This document shows, in pieces, positions 38,423-64,000 of a stretch of 64,000 nt of DNA. The stretch comes from the human T2T-CHM13v2.0 reference genome, Homo sapiens, in NCBI RefSeq assembly GCF_009914755.1, contig NC_060934.1; one strand, written 5' to 3'. The position numbers and the translations under genes were made by a program. Below the pieces are notes generated by a model. That model was not told the origin of the DNA and did no database searches. It was given only the letters and a program-made list of their open reading frames with translations. Within the stretch, counting starts at the first letter, position 1; every line of letters begins with the position of its first letter.

Positions 38423-40915
<2,493 letters not shown>

Positions 40916-40945
40916 AATTTTTTTATAATTTAAAATAGAGATGAG

Positions 40946-41237
40946 GGCTGGGCTCGGTGTCTCGCGCCTGTAATCCCAGCACTTTGGGAGGCCAAGGTGG
41001 GCAGATCACTTGAGGTCAGGAGTTCAAGAACAGCCTGGCCAACATGGTGAAACTCTGTCTCTACTAAAAATACAAAAATTAGCCGGGCGTGGTGGCTCAT
41101 GCCTGTAAACCCAGCTACTCGGAGGCTGAGGCAGGAGAATCGCTTGAAACCAGGGGGCGGAGGTTGCAGTGAGGGGAGATCACCCCCCTGCACTCCAGCC
41201 TGGGCGACAGAGCAAGACTCCTTTTCAAAAAAACAAA
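40946..41237 (+). mobile_element. AluS
   Basis: Full sense dimer. Confidence 0.95.
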
Positions 41238-41382
41238 CATGTAGCAATGAAGCCATTAAAATAATTTATTTTTTATTTCTTTTTCTTTTTGTATGAATCG
41301 ACTTTGGATAAGAAAAAAATCTACTTTTTAAAGAGCTGGGTTTGTGTGGTGGGACACCTATTGGGTGCAACAATGTGGAGAA

Positions 41383-41402
41383 CACTGCCCTCTGGCGGTC
41401 AC
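41383..41402 (-). promoter_or_regulatory. CTCF core motif
   Basis: Minus strand GTGACCGCCAGAGGGCAGTG closely matches the CTCF core consensus. Confidence 0.6.
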
Positions 41403-41413
41403 TCCCAGTATAG

Positions 41414-41809
<396 letters not shown>

Positions 41810-42259
41810 TAATGATGCCTGAAGTGCTCCAGCTAGCAGGCTAAGCCTTGTCTTCTCTGCCTCCACAGCAACTCATAGCAGCCCTAGGGAAGGCCACATC
41901 CCAGACCCCTAAACCCAGAGAGACAGAACGCAGACCTGGGTGGCAAGGACTCAGTAAGTTATTGAGTGCCAAACCGGGCCACCACTGTGCTTGGCTTTAG
42001 GAAAACTTGACATCTATAAAACTTTTAATCTCTAGTAGGTGCTCAAAAAAGCCATTCACTCTTTCATGTAACCAAGAAAAGATGTTTGAGCACCTGCAAA
42101 GTGCCAGGCACTGTCCTAGTCACTGAGGACACAGTGAGAAGCAAAAGGGGCCCAGGTCCTGCCCACATGGGACTTATAATTTGGTGAGGGAACAAAAAAA
42201 ATTTAGTCTCAAAAAACCAAAGTTTGGTTAGATGCTGTGAAAAAGGATGGGGTTCTTTA

Positions 42260-45410
<3,151 letters not shown>

Positions 45411-46006
45411 TGCCCCCCAACTGGCTGAGTGATTTTGAGTGACCTTGAACAAGTCATGTCACCACTCAGAGACAGATAATGGGTATGAATCACGCATTCA
45501 TTCAACAAACACTTCTTGGGAGCCTGTCGTTGCCCAGGCCTGTTCAGGACACTGTGCAGGTAGCCTGGAGCAGGACTCTCGCTCTGTTTCCAGGCTTTCC
45601 AGTCTAGTGGAGAATCTGGACACAGACATGAACAGGTGGTCACGCTACTGTAGTGTGCACAGAGTGACCCAGCATGGTAGCCTGGGGGACATAGGCGCTC
45701 TTGCAAACCAACTCCTGGGGACTCGGCCCAAACCCTTTGCTAGCCAGTCCTCCGTGGAGGCCATGATCCGCTGCAGCTGCTGAGCCTGGGGTGGTGGATG
45801 GGTGCAGCCGGCCTGGGGAAGGAGGGTATGGCACAGATGCCCTCCGTCCCCGATCCCCAGGCATCCCTGGAAGTGGCTTTGGGGAACAAGTCCCTCGAAT
45901 ACCCTTGAGATTATTTTGTCATTTGCTCTTTTTCTTGAATATGACGGGGGGTGGGGGGCGGCAGATGTGTGGCTGTTACAGTTTGCCCTGCTTGCCCTCC
46001 CTCTCT

Positions 46007-46089
46007 CCCTCCCCATTCCCATCTTCCCTCCCCATTCCCATCTTCCCTCCCCATTCCCATCTTCCCTCCCCATTCCCATCTTCCCTCCC
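46007..46089. repeat. 19-bp minisatellite (CCCTCCCCATTCCCATCTT) x4.4
   Basis: Four identical units at 46007, 46026, 46045, 46064 plus a partial. Confidence 0.95.
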
Positions 46090-46272
46090 TCCATCTGCCA
46101 TTTGCAGAACCCCTTACACATTTTCCCAAATCAGCAGCCCTGTGAGTTCCTTTGGATCAGACAGCTGAAAAACAATAGCATCAATTAAATGTTCATTGTT
46201 GGAAAGCAGAAAGAACTGTCGCCCCTAATCTTGCTCCTCAGAGAGAACCATTGAGAATATCTTGGAAAATAG

Positions 46273-47067
<795 letters not shown>

Positions 47068-47687
47068 ATTGATATATAGTTTTACACTATAGGGTCATAT
47101 TGTATATATTTCATAACTTTGCCTTTGCAATCCATGTGGTTCCTGTTTAAAGAGAGAGAGACTGAGGCAGAGAGGATGGAGTGACTGTCAGAAAATGTTG
47201 GGGCAGAGTGGGGCGTGAACCCCTCTTCCTGTCCTGTCCCTCAGGTGCCTTGGAGCAATTTCAGGGCCCACCTAAAGCTGGTAGGGCAGAGGCTGACGGC
47301 CCATTGGACTGGCCCCTCCGCCTGCTTTCCAGATGGTGCAGGACATGGAGCCTCTGTCAGCCATGCAGTGTGACCAAGACCCAGCCCCCACATGAGCACC
47401 CACCTCACATGCCCTCCTGGACACACAGCTGGGCTGCATGCCATGGTCCGGGCAAAGCATCCCTAATGTTTTCTCTAACGCTGAAAAACAGACAAAAAGA
47501 GTTCAGAAATCACCCCCAGATCCCACCACTCTACACATCGTCCAGTAAGAAGGGAAATGCCCATCTTTACCCATCAGCTCCCAGCACCACCGTCCCATCC
47601 CCCACCCCTGCCACATTCTAACCTCTGTTACCGGTTTGGGGCATAGTCTTCCCAAACTTTCCCCAAGTTTAAGTAGACATCACTTTA

Positions 47688-48180
<493 letters not shown>

Positions 48181-48411
48181 TTTCAATGGGATTATGCTCT
48201 TAATATTGATCTGTATTTTTTACACTCAGTAATATACTATGGATATTTTTTTCAGCTCAGTATTGATAGATTTACCTTATCCTTTTCCAATGACTGCATA
48301 GAATTTCATTGCATGGACATAGCATAATTTATTCACTCAGTTCACAATTGATATATAGCTATACATATAAACATAGACAAAAATATAGATAGATGTTACT
48401 TTCAGTTTTCT

Positions 48412-49092
<681 letters not shown>

Positions 49093-49377
49093 TTTCAGTT
49101 TTCTGCATTACAAGATTACAGAAAACATTAATATCTACACCTGTAACTATATATTTGTATCAGTCTCTAACTGACATTGTCACGCTTTATTTCTATAGGG
49201 TCAACTTCTGGAAGTGGAATGGCTAATTCAGAGGGAAGTGGATTTAAAATGTTAGTACCTGTTGTCAACTTACTCTCCTAAATTTACACTCCCATGCACA
49301 GAGGGTGAGAGTGCCTGCTCCCCAGGCTCCCCAGCCCTGGATGTAAAAAGTTTTCTGCCTTTAAAAATAGCTGCTCT

Positions 49378-50181
<804 letters not shown>

Positions 50182-50747
50182 GTAGACACAAAACAGCCTA
50201 TCACCATGGCCAGATTTCTCAGGACCTGGGAGGCTAGGCAGGCCTCTCTGGCTCCAACTCCTTCAGGGAAGAACCCTTTAGCCACCAAAGGCGCTGTCTT
50301 GCTGTACTGATTCTCCCACCAAGAAGGCCCTGCTGCCTCCCTTTGGACTTGGCCTTCAGCTCCTTCCAGCCCAGCCACTACACCCTCCCCACCTGCCTTC
50401 TGGAGCCCAGTCAACCCTCAGGGAGCACCTCTTCCTTGAACACAGTGCGATTGGGCTCACCTGTACCTCCTCTTTTGTCGGGAGGATGGAGGGCCAAAGA
50501 GAAGCATAGGATACCTTCTCTCCTCTCCTGAGCCCTGAATCCATTTGGGGCACACAGACCCACAGAGAACAAGGGCTCGTGTGTACGCCTGGGCCCTTCT
50601 CCAGGTGAGCACCAGCCTTGAAGGGCAAGACAGCGTTGTTCCTCTGTGCCTTCCAGAGCTTTTACTTGAGTTAGATGGTAAGGCTACCTAAGCAGATGCT
50701 TTTAATGGCCCTGTCACACCCCTTCAGCCCCTGATGACAGCCACAGT

Positions 50748-51244
50748 TGTGGTGGACCGCTGTAAATGGATGCTGATGGTGGCTCATCCCTCAAAGCTTA
50801 CGTTCTGTGACCCTCCACTCCTCTGTCCCAGGACTTTCTCAAAAGCTGCAGAATCTTGCTGGGCCCCTGGGCAAGCACAGCCTGGTAGGGTGGGGAAGCT
50901 GACCTCCAGGCCATCCACAGCCAGTGCGGGGAGGAGCCAGGGGAGGAACCCCAGCCTCCCACCCTGAGATGGACCATTCTGGGCCAGGTGTGATGCCTTG
51001 TGCCTGCAATCGCGCTACTCAGGAGGCTGAAGCAGGAGGATCGCTTGACCCCAGCCAGGGGTTCAGGATGGACCATTCTGGGATGACTTCTGTATGAGAC
51101 AAGCAACCTCAATCACACACCTTTTGTCAGCATTTCCACTGTCCCTGTGGCAGCCCCTCCCTTCCTCACCCCTGCTTCCTGGGAGGACCCCGATAAACTC
51201 TTGCACCCAAGTCCTTGTCTGAGGCTCTGCTTCCAGCAGAAGCT
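50748..51244 (+). mobile_element. LTR16-type ERVL LTR containing a tailless Alu fragment
   Basis: 3' 'ataaactcttgcacccaagtccttgtctgaggctctgcttcc'; its end appears to resume at ~52582 'aacccaaactaag'. Confidence 0.55.
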
Positions 51245-52581
51245 GTAAGGGTCTCCAGGGTCATAGGAATTTAATCAACTGAACAATCCACTTGTTTTAT
51301 AGCCTCCTGACCTGCAGCCTGTTTCTTCCTAAACCCCGTGCGGAATGCACTCGCCTACTTGGTTAAAATCAGCTCCTGGCCGGGCGTGGTGGCTCATGCC
51401 TGTAATCCCAGCACTTTGGGAGGCTAAGGCAGGCAGATCGCATGAGGCCAGGAGTTTGAGACCAGCCTGGGAACATGGTGAAACCCTGTCTCTACAAAAG
51501 ATACAAAAATTGGCCGGGCACAGTGGCTGACATCTGTAATCCAGGCACTTTGGGAGGCCGAGGAAGGCAGATCACTTGAGGTCAAGAGATCGAGACCACC
51601 CTGGCCAACAAGGTGAAACCCCATCTCTACTAAAAATACAAAAATTAGCTGGGTGTAGTGGCACGCAGGAGAATTGCTTGAACCCAGGAAGCGGGGTTCA
51701 AGGTTGCAGTGAGCCAAGATCGTGCCACTGCACTCCAGCCTGGTGATAGAGCAAGACTCTGTCTCAAAAAATAAAAATACAAAATACAAAAATTAGCTGG
51801 GTGTGGTGGCTAATTAATTAGTTCCAGCTATTCGCGAGGCTTAGGTGGGAGGATTGTTTGAGCCTTGAGCCTGGGAGGCAGAGGTTGCCGTGAGCCAAGA
51901 TGGTGCCACTGCATTCCAGCCTGGGCAACAGAGTAAGATCTTGTCACACACACCAAAAAAAGGCTGGGCGCGGTGGCTCACGCCTGTAATCCCAGCACTC
52001 TGGGAGGCCGAGGCGGGCGGATCATGAGGTCAGGAGATCAAGACCATCCTGGCTAACACGGTGAAACCTTGTCTCTACTAAAAATACAAAAAATTAGCCG
52101 GGCGTGGTGGCAGGCGCCTGTAGTCCCAGTTACTCGGGAGGCTGAGGCAGGAGAATGGCGTGAACCCGCGAGACAGTTTGCAGTGAGCGGAGATTGCGCC
52201 ACTGCACTCCAGCCTCAGCAACAGAGCAAGACTCTGTCTCAAGATTAAAAAAAGTCAGCTCCTGACAGAGCCCTCAACTTACAGATGAACCCAAGTGACC
52301 TCTCCTCATGAGCCTGCTACGGTCTCCACTCAGGAGGAGAGATGGCTTCATCACCATCGCATGCGGCCCAGGTGCTGGTGTGATGGCTCACTGCATCTAC
52401 GCCACTGGGGCTTGGCCTGTACACACGACCACACAACCTCTCCCCTCTCCTCACCCGATAAAACCCTCCTGTCACTCTCCCTGGAAGAGGCACTGCTTTA
52501 GAGAATCCTCCCAGCGTCCTTACTCACACCTAGTAATAAAATGCCTATTGATAACCCCTGGGTTTTTTTTTCCAGGTAACA
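51245..52581 (+). mobile_element. ERVL LTR (LTR47-like) split by a nested Alu cluster (51378-52253, including an AluY at ~51962-52253)
   Basis: 'ggaatttaatcaact...cagctcctgacaga...agatgaacccaagtga'; TSD 'aaa(a/g)tcagctcctg' around the Alu block. Confidence 0.65.
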
Positions 52582-52714
52582 AACCCAAACTAAGGTGCTC
52601 AGGAACGATCACAACCAAAACTTGAGTATCTTGTATGCCAGAGGGACTATCAATAAGGGCCCTGAGACCTAGCAAAGTCACCCCTACAACACACAGGCTT
52701 GGCAGATGGTTTCA

Positions 52715-53473
<759 letters not shown>

Positions 53474-53481
53474 CTATTCTT

Positions 53482-53850
53482 GAGACCCGTGGCTCACGCC
53501 TGTAATCCCAACACTTTGGGAGGCCAATGCAGGCAGATCATGAGGTCAGGATTTCAAGACCAGCCTGGCCAACATGGTGAAACCCTGTCTCTACTAAAAA
53601 ATACAAAAATAAGCTGGGCATGGTGGTGGGTGCCTGTAATCCCAGCAACTCAAGAGCCTGAGGCAGGAGAATCACTTGAACCTGGGAGGCAGAGGTTGCA
53701 GTAAGCCGAGATTGCACCACTGCACCAGCCTGGGCAACAAGAGCAAAACTCTGTCAAAAAAAAAAAAAAAAGAAAGAAAAGAGAAAGAAAAGACAGAAAG
53801 GAAGAAAGGAAGAAAGAAGAAAGACAGACAGAAAGAAAGACAGAGAAAAA
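53482..53850 (+). mobile_element. AluS with (GAAA)-rich tail
   Basis: Sense dimer. Confidence 0.9.
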
Positions 53851-53995
53851 TTACTGGGGAGCCAGGAAGGCCTCATGGAGGAGGTACTATCTAGGATGAG
53901 CCTGAAGTTTGGGTATGTTCATGGCAGAGACAAAGGTGTTCCCAGTACAGGAAACAACACGTGCAAAGGTGTGAGGGTTAGATGTGACTTAGATA

Positions 53996-54695
53996 TGATT
54001 AGCCGATGGGTTCCTCCTGCTTCCTGTACGAACAAAACCAATTCATTGAGACCATGGTACTGCAGTAGAGAAAGAAGGTAGCTACGTGGAAGACGGAGTT
54101 ATTACTAAAATCAGTGTCCCCAAAGGCTCAGAGGTTAGAGTTTTTCAAGGACAGTTTGGTGGGCAGGGGGCTGGGGGAGAAGGAATATTGATTGGTTGGG
54201 GTGAAATCACAGGGGTGTGGAAAATTGTCCTCGTGCTCCAAGTCCTCTGGGTGGGGGCCACAGGACCAGTTGAGTCACGAGTCGGTGGTCCAGGTGGGGT
54301 CAGTTGATCATCAGAAATGCAAAAGTCTGAAAAGACATCTCAAAAGGCCGATCTTCGGTTCTACAAGAGTGTTGTTATTTATAGGAGTAACTGAGGAAGT
54401 CACACATCTGTGACATCCGGAACAATACTGATAATAATTTACTGCGCCTTCATCTTATCAGAGTTCAGGCCCTTCTCATAACCCTATCTTTGTGGACTTT
54501 TATTAGCTTTACAAAGGTGGTTTAGTTTTGGGAAGGGCTATTACCATGCTTGCCTTAAGCTAAAAACTAAATTCCTCCCAAAGTCAGCTTGGCCTATGCC
54601 CAGGAATGACCAAGGACAGCTTGGAGGTTAGAGGGAAGATGGAGTCCACTCTGTCAGAGTTCTCTCACTGTCATAATTTTGCAAAGGTGGTTTCA
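53996..54695 (-). mobile_element. LTR8-family (LTR8A-like) ERV1 solo LTR
   Basis: Minus strand starts TGAAACCACCTTTGCAAAATTATGACAGTGAGAG...GACTCCATCTT...CTCCAAGCTGTCCTTGGTCATTCCTGGGCATAGGC. Confidence 0.88.
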
Positions 54696-54705
54696 CTAAC
54701 ACAAT

Positions 54706-54960
54706 GTGGCAGGTGTTATGGGTTGGGCCACTCATCACATATTCAAGTTGGATCAGGTAGGATCTTAGACAACTACAAACTCACCTTTTCTCAAGCCCTT
54801 GCAGCTAGCAGTGGCCATGTGACACAATTTTGACCAAGAAAGCTACTGGGGAATCCCAGGAAAGTCTTTGCTTTCCTGATACGGCTGCAAACTTGTCTTC
54901 TGTCTCCTTCCTCCTGGAACTCAGACCTAATTGACGTGGGGCTGGCCATGCAGGAGACAG
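54706..54960 (+). mobile_element. Old MaLR/ERVL LTR fragment (MLT1/LTR33-like)
   Basis: 'cccttgcagctagcagtggccatgtgacacaatt...gaaagtctttgctttcctgata'. Confidence 0.55.
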
Positions 54961-57226
<2,266 letters not shown>

Positions 57227-57460
57227 TAGATTTTTTTATTTCAGAATTGTATCTGGCTATTCCAGGATTTCCATGGGCTTCTTAATTCCCCTGGTCTCCT
57301 GAGAGTCTCGCCCAGCACACGTGCAGGTCAGGAGTTGGCAAAGAATCTTAGGGTGTTCTTAGGCAGATGTTGCTCTCCCCCTCCCCAACCCCAATCATGG
57401 CTCCTACTCTGCTGGGATTTCCTCCCTCCATCCCTAGCTGCTGGACCTGCCCTTAACTCC

Positions 57461-58199
57461 TGTTACCACTAGGGATGTCTCTGAGTCACATGGCACCAGA
57501 GTAGTTTAGAGGCAGTGAATCTGTATGGTCATCTGCACAGGTCTGCAGCAACCTCAATCCTTGCCTCCTCAGAAGACAGAATTCAACCAAAGGGCATAAG
57601 GCAGAGTGAGAGACCAAGGCATGTTTTAGAGCAGGATCAAAAGTTTATTAAAAAATTTTAGAGCAGGAATGAAAGGAAGTAAAGTACACTTGGAAGAGGG
57701 CCAAGCAGGCAACTTGAGAGAGTCAAGTGCACGGCTCAACCTCTGACTTGGGATTTTGTATGTTGGCACGCTTCCGCGGTTTTGCATTATTTCTCCCCTG
57801 ATTCTTCCCTTGGGGTGGGCTGTCTGCATGCACAGTGGGATGACAGCACTTGGGAGGGAGCATGCTCAGTGTGTGTACTGAAGTTGGGCACATGCTCACT
57901 TGAGGCATTCTTCCCTTACCAGTGAGTGTTCCTAGAGGAAGGTTACATGCCAGTTAAACTCCACCATTTTGCCTCTTAGTGCGCATGCTGGAGCCCACTC
58001 ACCTAACTCCTGAGATCTTACCCAGAAGCTGCTTCAGGTGTTTCTATCTATTAGGAGACTGCCTTTCCCTGGCACTGGCTGCAACCACTTATTATTTTAG
58101 AGAGACAGTTAACAACCGCCTGACCATCACCTGATGGTTGCCTGACATTCCTGGTGTTGGGGGGCCCTGTTGATGTCTCGCTAACTATCTACTGTAACA
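57461..58199 (-). mobile_element. MER50 ERV1 solo LTR
   Basis: Minus strand starts TGTTACAGTAGATAGTTAG; contains 'gaggcaaggattgaggttgctgcagacc'; near-TSD ctcc/ctct. Confidence 0.85.
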
Positions 58200-58393
58200 C
58201 TCTGACCTCTGATCCCTGAAGCCAGTGTCCAGTGGCTTTCATCCTCTGGATACCAGAGGGAAAACTGGAGAAACATGGATGTCAGCCCACGACCCCCTTC
58301 TTTCAAGAGTCACATCCACTCCACTCTCCTGCTCTGTGCTGTTCTCCAATGCCTTCAAAGGGTTGTTTTTTTCTATTGCATCCAGAGCTGTAA

Positions 58394-59777
<1,384 letters not shown>

Positions 59778-60486
59778 CTTCTAGCACACTTTAATTTTTT
59801 TTTTCCTGGTATTTTCACAAAGATGGAATGGCATATTTTAAAAGTAAAGATACTAAGAATAAAACACAATATTGTAAGCTTTATAAATGGGCCCCAAAAT
59901 ATTTTCCCAAGATGTTTTTTAATTAGTCCCCAAAGATGGAAGAAAAGAGAAGTAACTAATGTTAACATGTTATATCCTCTATCTTTGATTGTCTGTGGAC
60001 AAGTGACTGTCAATGGCAGAGACGCAGGACAGAGGGAGAGGCGTGACCCTGCCACCCATGTCCTGCTAAGGCCACGTCTGTAGCCAGCCCTGTTCTCCAA
60101 GAGGAGATGCCCCTTCACCTCCCAACCTTGGCCAGGGCTTATTTTTATCCACCCCAATCACCAGCTAGCCTGGCAGCCCTATAATTTGGGAGTCTGGCCA
60201 CCCCTGTACTATATAATTCCCTGGCAGACCTTCAGACCTTAGGTTGGCCCCTTTGACTTGCATTTTGGTGATGCTCTGTGGCCAGAAGTCTCTTCGGCAA
60301 ATTAGGGGTCAGAACTTGGTGCAGTGGAGTCAAAATGGGGGAGGGAGTCTGGGGCCTTTGGATTTTTTGCAATCGTCTCACTTCCACCATCAAATTGCAT
60401 CTGGCCGTCCTGGAAATATGAGTGTACCACCACTTCTCAAAGGAGACCAGTTGGTGCTGAGAGTGGGGCTTGCTATAAAAAGGTGA

Positions 60487-60821
<335 letters not shown>

Positions 60822-61073
60822 TCAGGTGCTGAGGCAGCCTTCAGTAAAGCCCATCCCTGTTTCTTGGGCACCATCACTTTAGAGAGGCAGAATTCCTCTG
60901 CAGCCTGTCTTAGATTGATCATGTGGCTACATGCTGTCATGCCTCAAGGAAGACACTAGGGGTCCTTTATATGCCTGTCAAGGTTGTTTCACTAAAACTC
61001 AGCTTCCATCCTACCTCTCCTCCAGAATCCACAAAATAAAGCCCTAGCTCCTTAGGAAGAAGGGAATCTAGTA

Positions 61074-61270
61074 TGTGTTAAATTGAAATGGAGGTCAGGC
61101 CTGAAGAATCCCCGAGCAGATAAAACCAGTTCGGCATCATAAATGATCTAAGCCTTGCTTGATTTACAAACATAAGTAAAACTGAACTTAAGCTATTTCT
61201 TGTAAATGCTTATATTAAAGAAAAACAGAAGTTGAACTTAACCAATCAGAAGCAGCCAACAAGCTTATAA
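61074..61270 (+). mobile_element. 5' part of a MER4-group ERV1 LTR (MER57/LTR54-like), truncated at an Alu
   Basis: 'tgttaaattgaaatggaggtcaggcctgaagaatccc...aaccaatcagaagcagccaac'. Confidence 0.65.
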
Positions 61271-61543
61271 GGCTGAGGCAGACGGATCACCTGAGGTCAG
61301 GAGTTCAAGAACAACCTGGCTAACATGGTGAAACCCTGTCTCTACTAAAAATACAAAATTAGCCGGGTGTGATGGTGCATGCCTGTAATCCCAGCCCCTA
61401 CCTGGGAGGCTGAGGTAGGAGAACTGCTTGAACCCAGGAGGCAGAATTTTCAGTGAGCCGAGATCATACCACTGCACTTCAGCCTGGGCAACAGAACTTG
61501 ACTCTGTCTCAAAAAAAAAAAAAAAAAAAAGGAAAAAAAAGAA
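61271..61543 (+). mobile_element. 5'-truncated AluS without a visible TSD
   Basis: Begins at 'ggctgaggcagacggatcacc'; different ERV sequences on either side. Confidence 0.9.

Positions 61544-64000
<2,457 letters not shown>

Overview
This is a non-coding primate genomic window, almost certainly human, because it contains a full-length Alu with all five AluYa5 diagnostic changes. It is very repeat-dense. I count roughly 80 Alu pieces by eye, two independent full-length SVA_D-type retrotransposons about 4.6 kb apart, and many solo ERV1/ERVL/MaLR LTRs. There is also an ERV1 internal segment at the right end, fossil DNA transposons (MER30, MER44A, Charlie1a, MER94) and L1/L2/MIR relics. I found no credible protein-coding gene: the supplied ORFs are Alu, SVA, microsatellite or random translations. 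The unique sequence does hold likely functional signals: an orphan CpG island (~33.5-34.1 kb) with a C/EBP palindrome and an ATF4-type amino-acid response element, a paired NRF2/BACH1-type plus AP-1 plus PU.1 motif cluster (~5.3-5.6 kb), a strong CTCF motif (41.4 kb), and two well-formed plus-strand exons at 23.1-23.5 kb that suggest a spliced lncRNA. The oddest structure is a pair of AluY-like elements 39 kb apart that share the same non-Alu 35-bp upstream extension (34/35 identical). I cannot show a wholly new biological system from the sequence alone, and I could not name the locus. Repeat subfamily names come from recalled consensus similarity and need RepeatMasker/Dfam confirmation.
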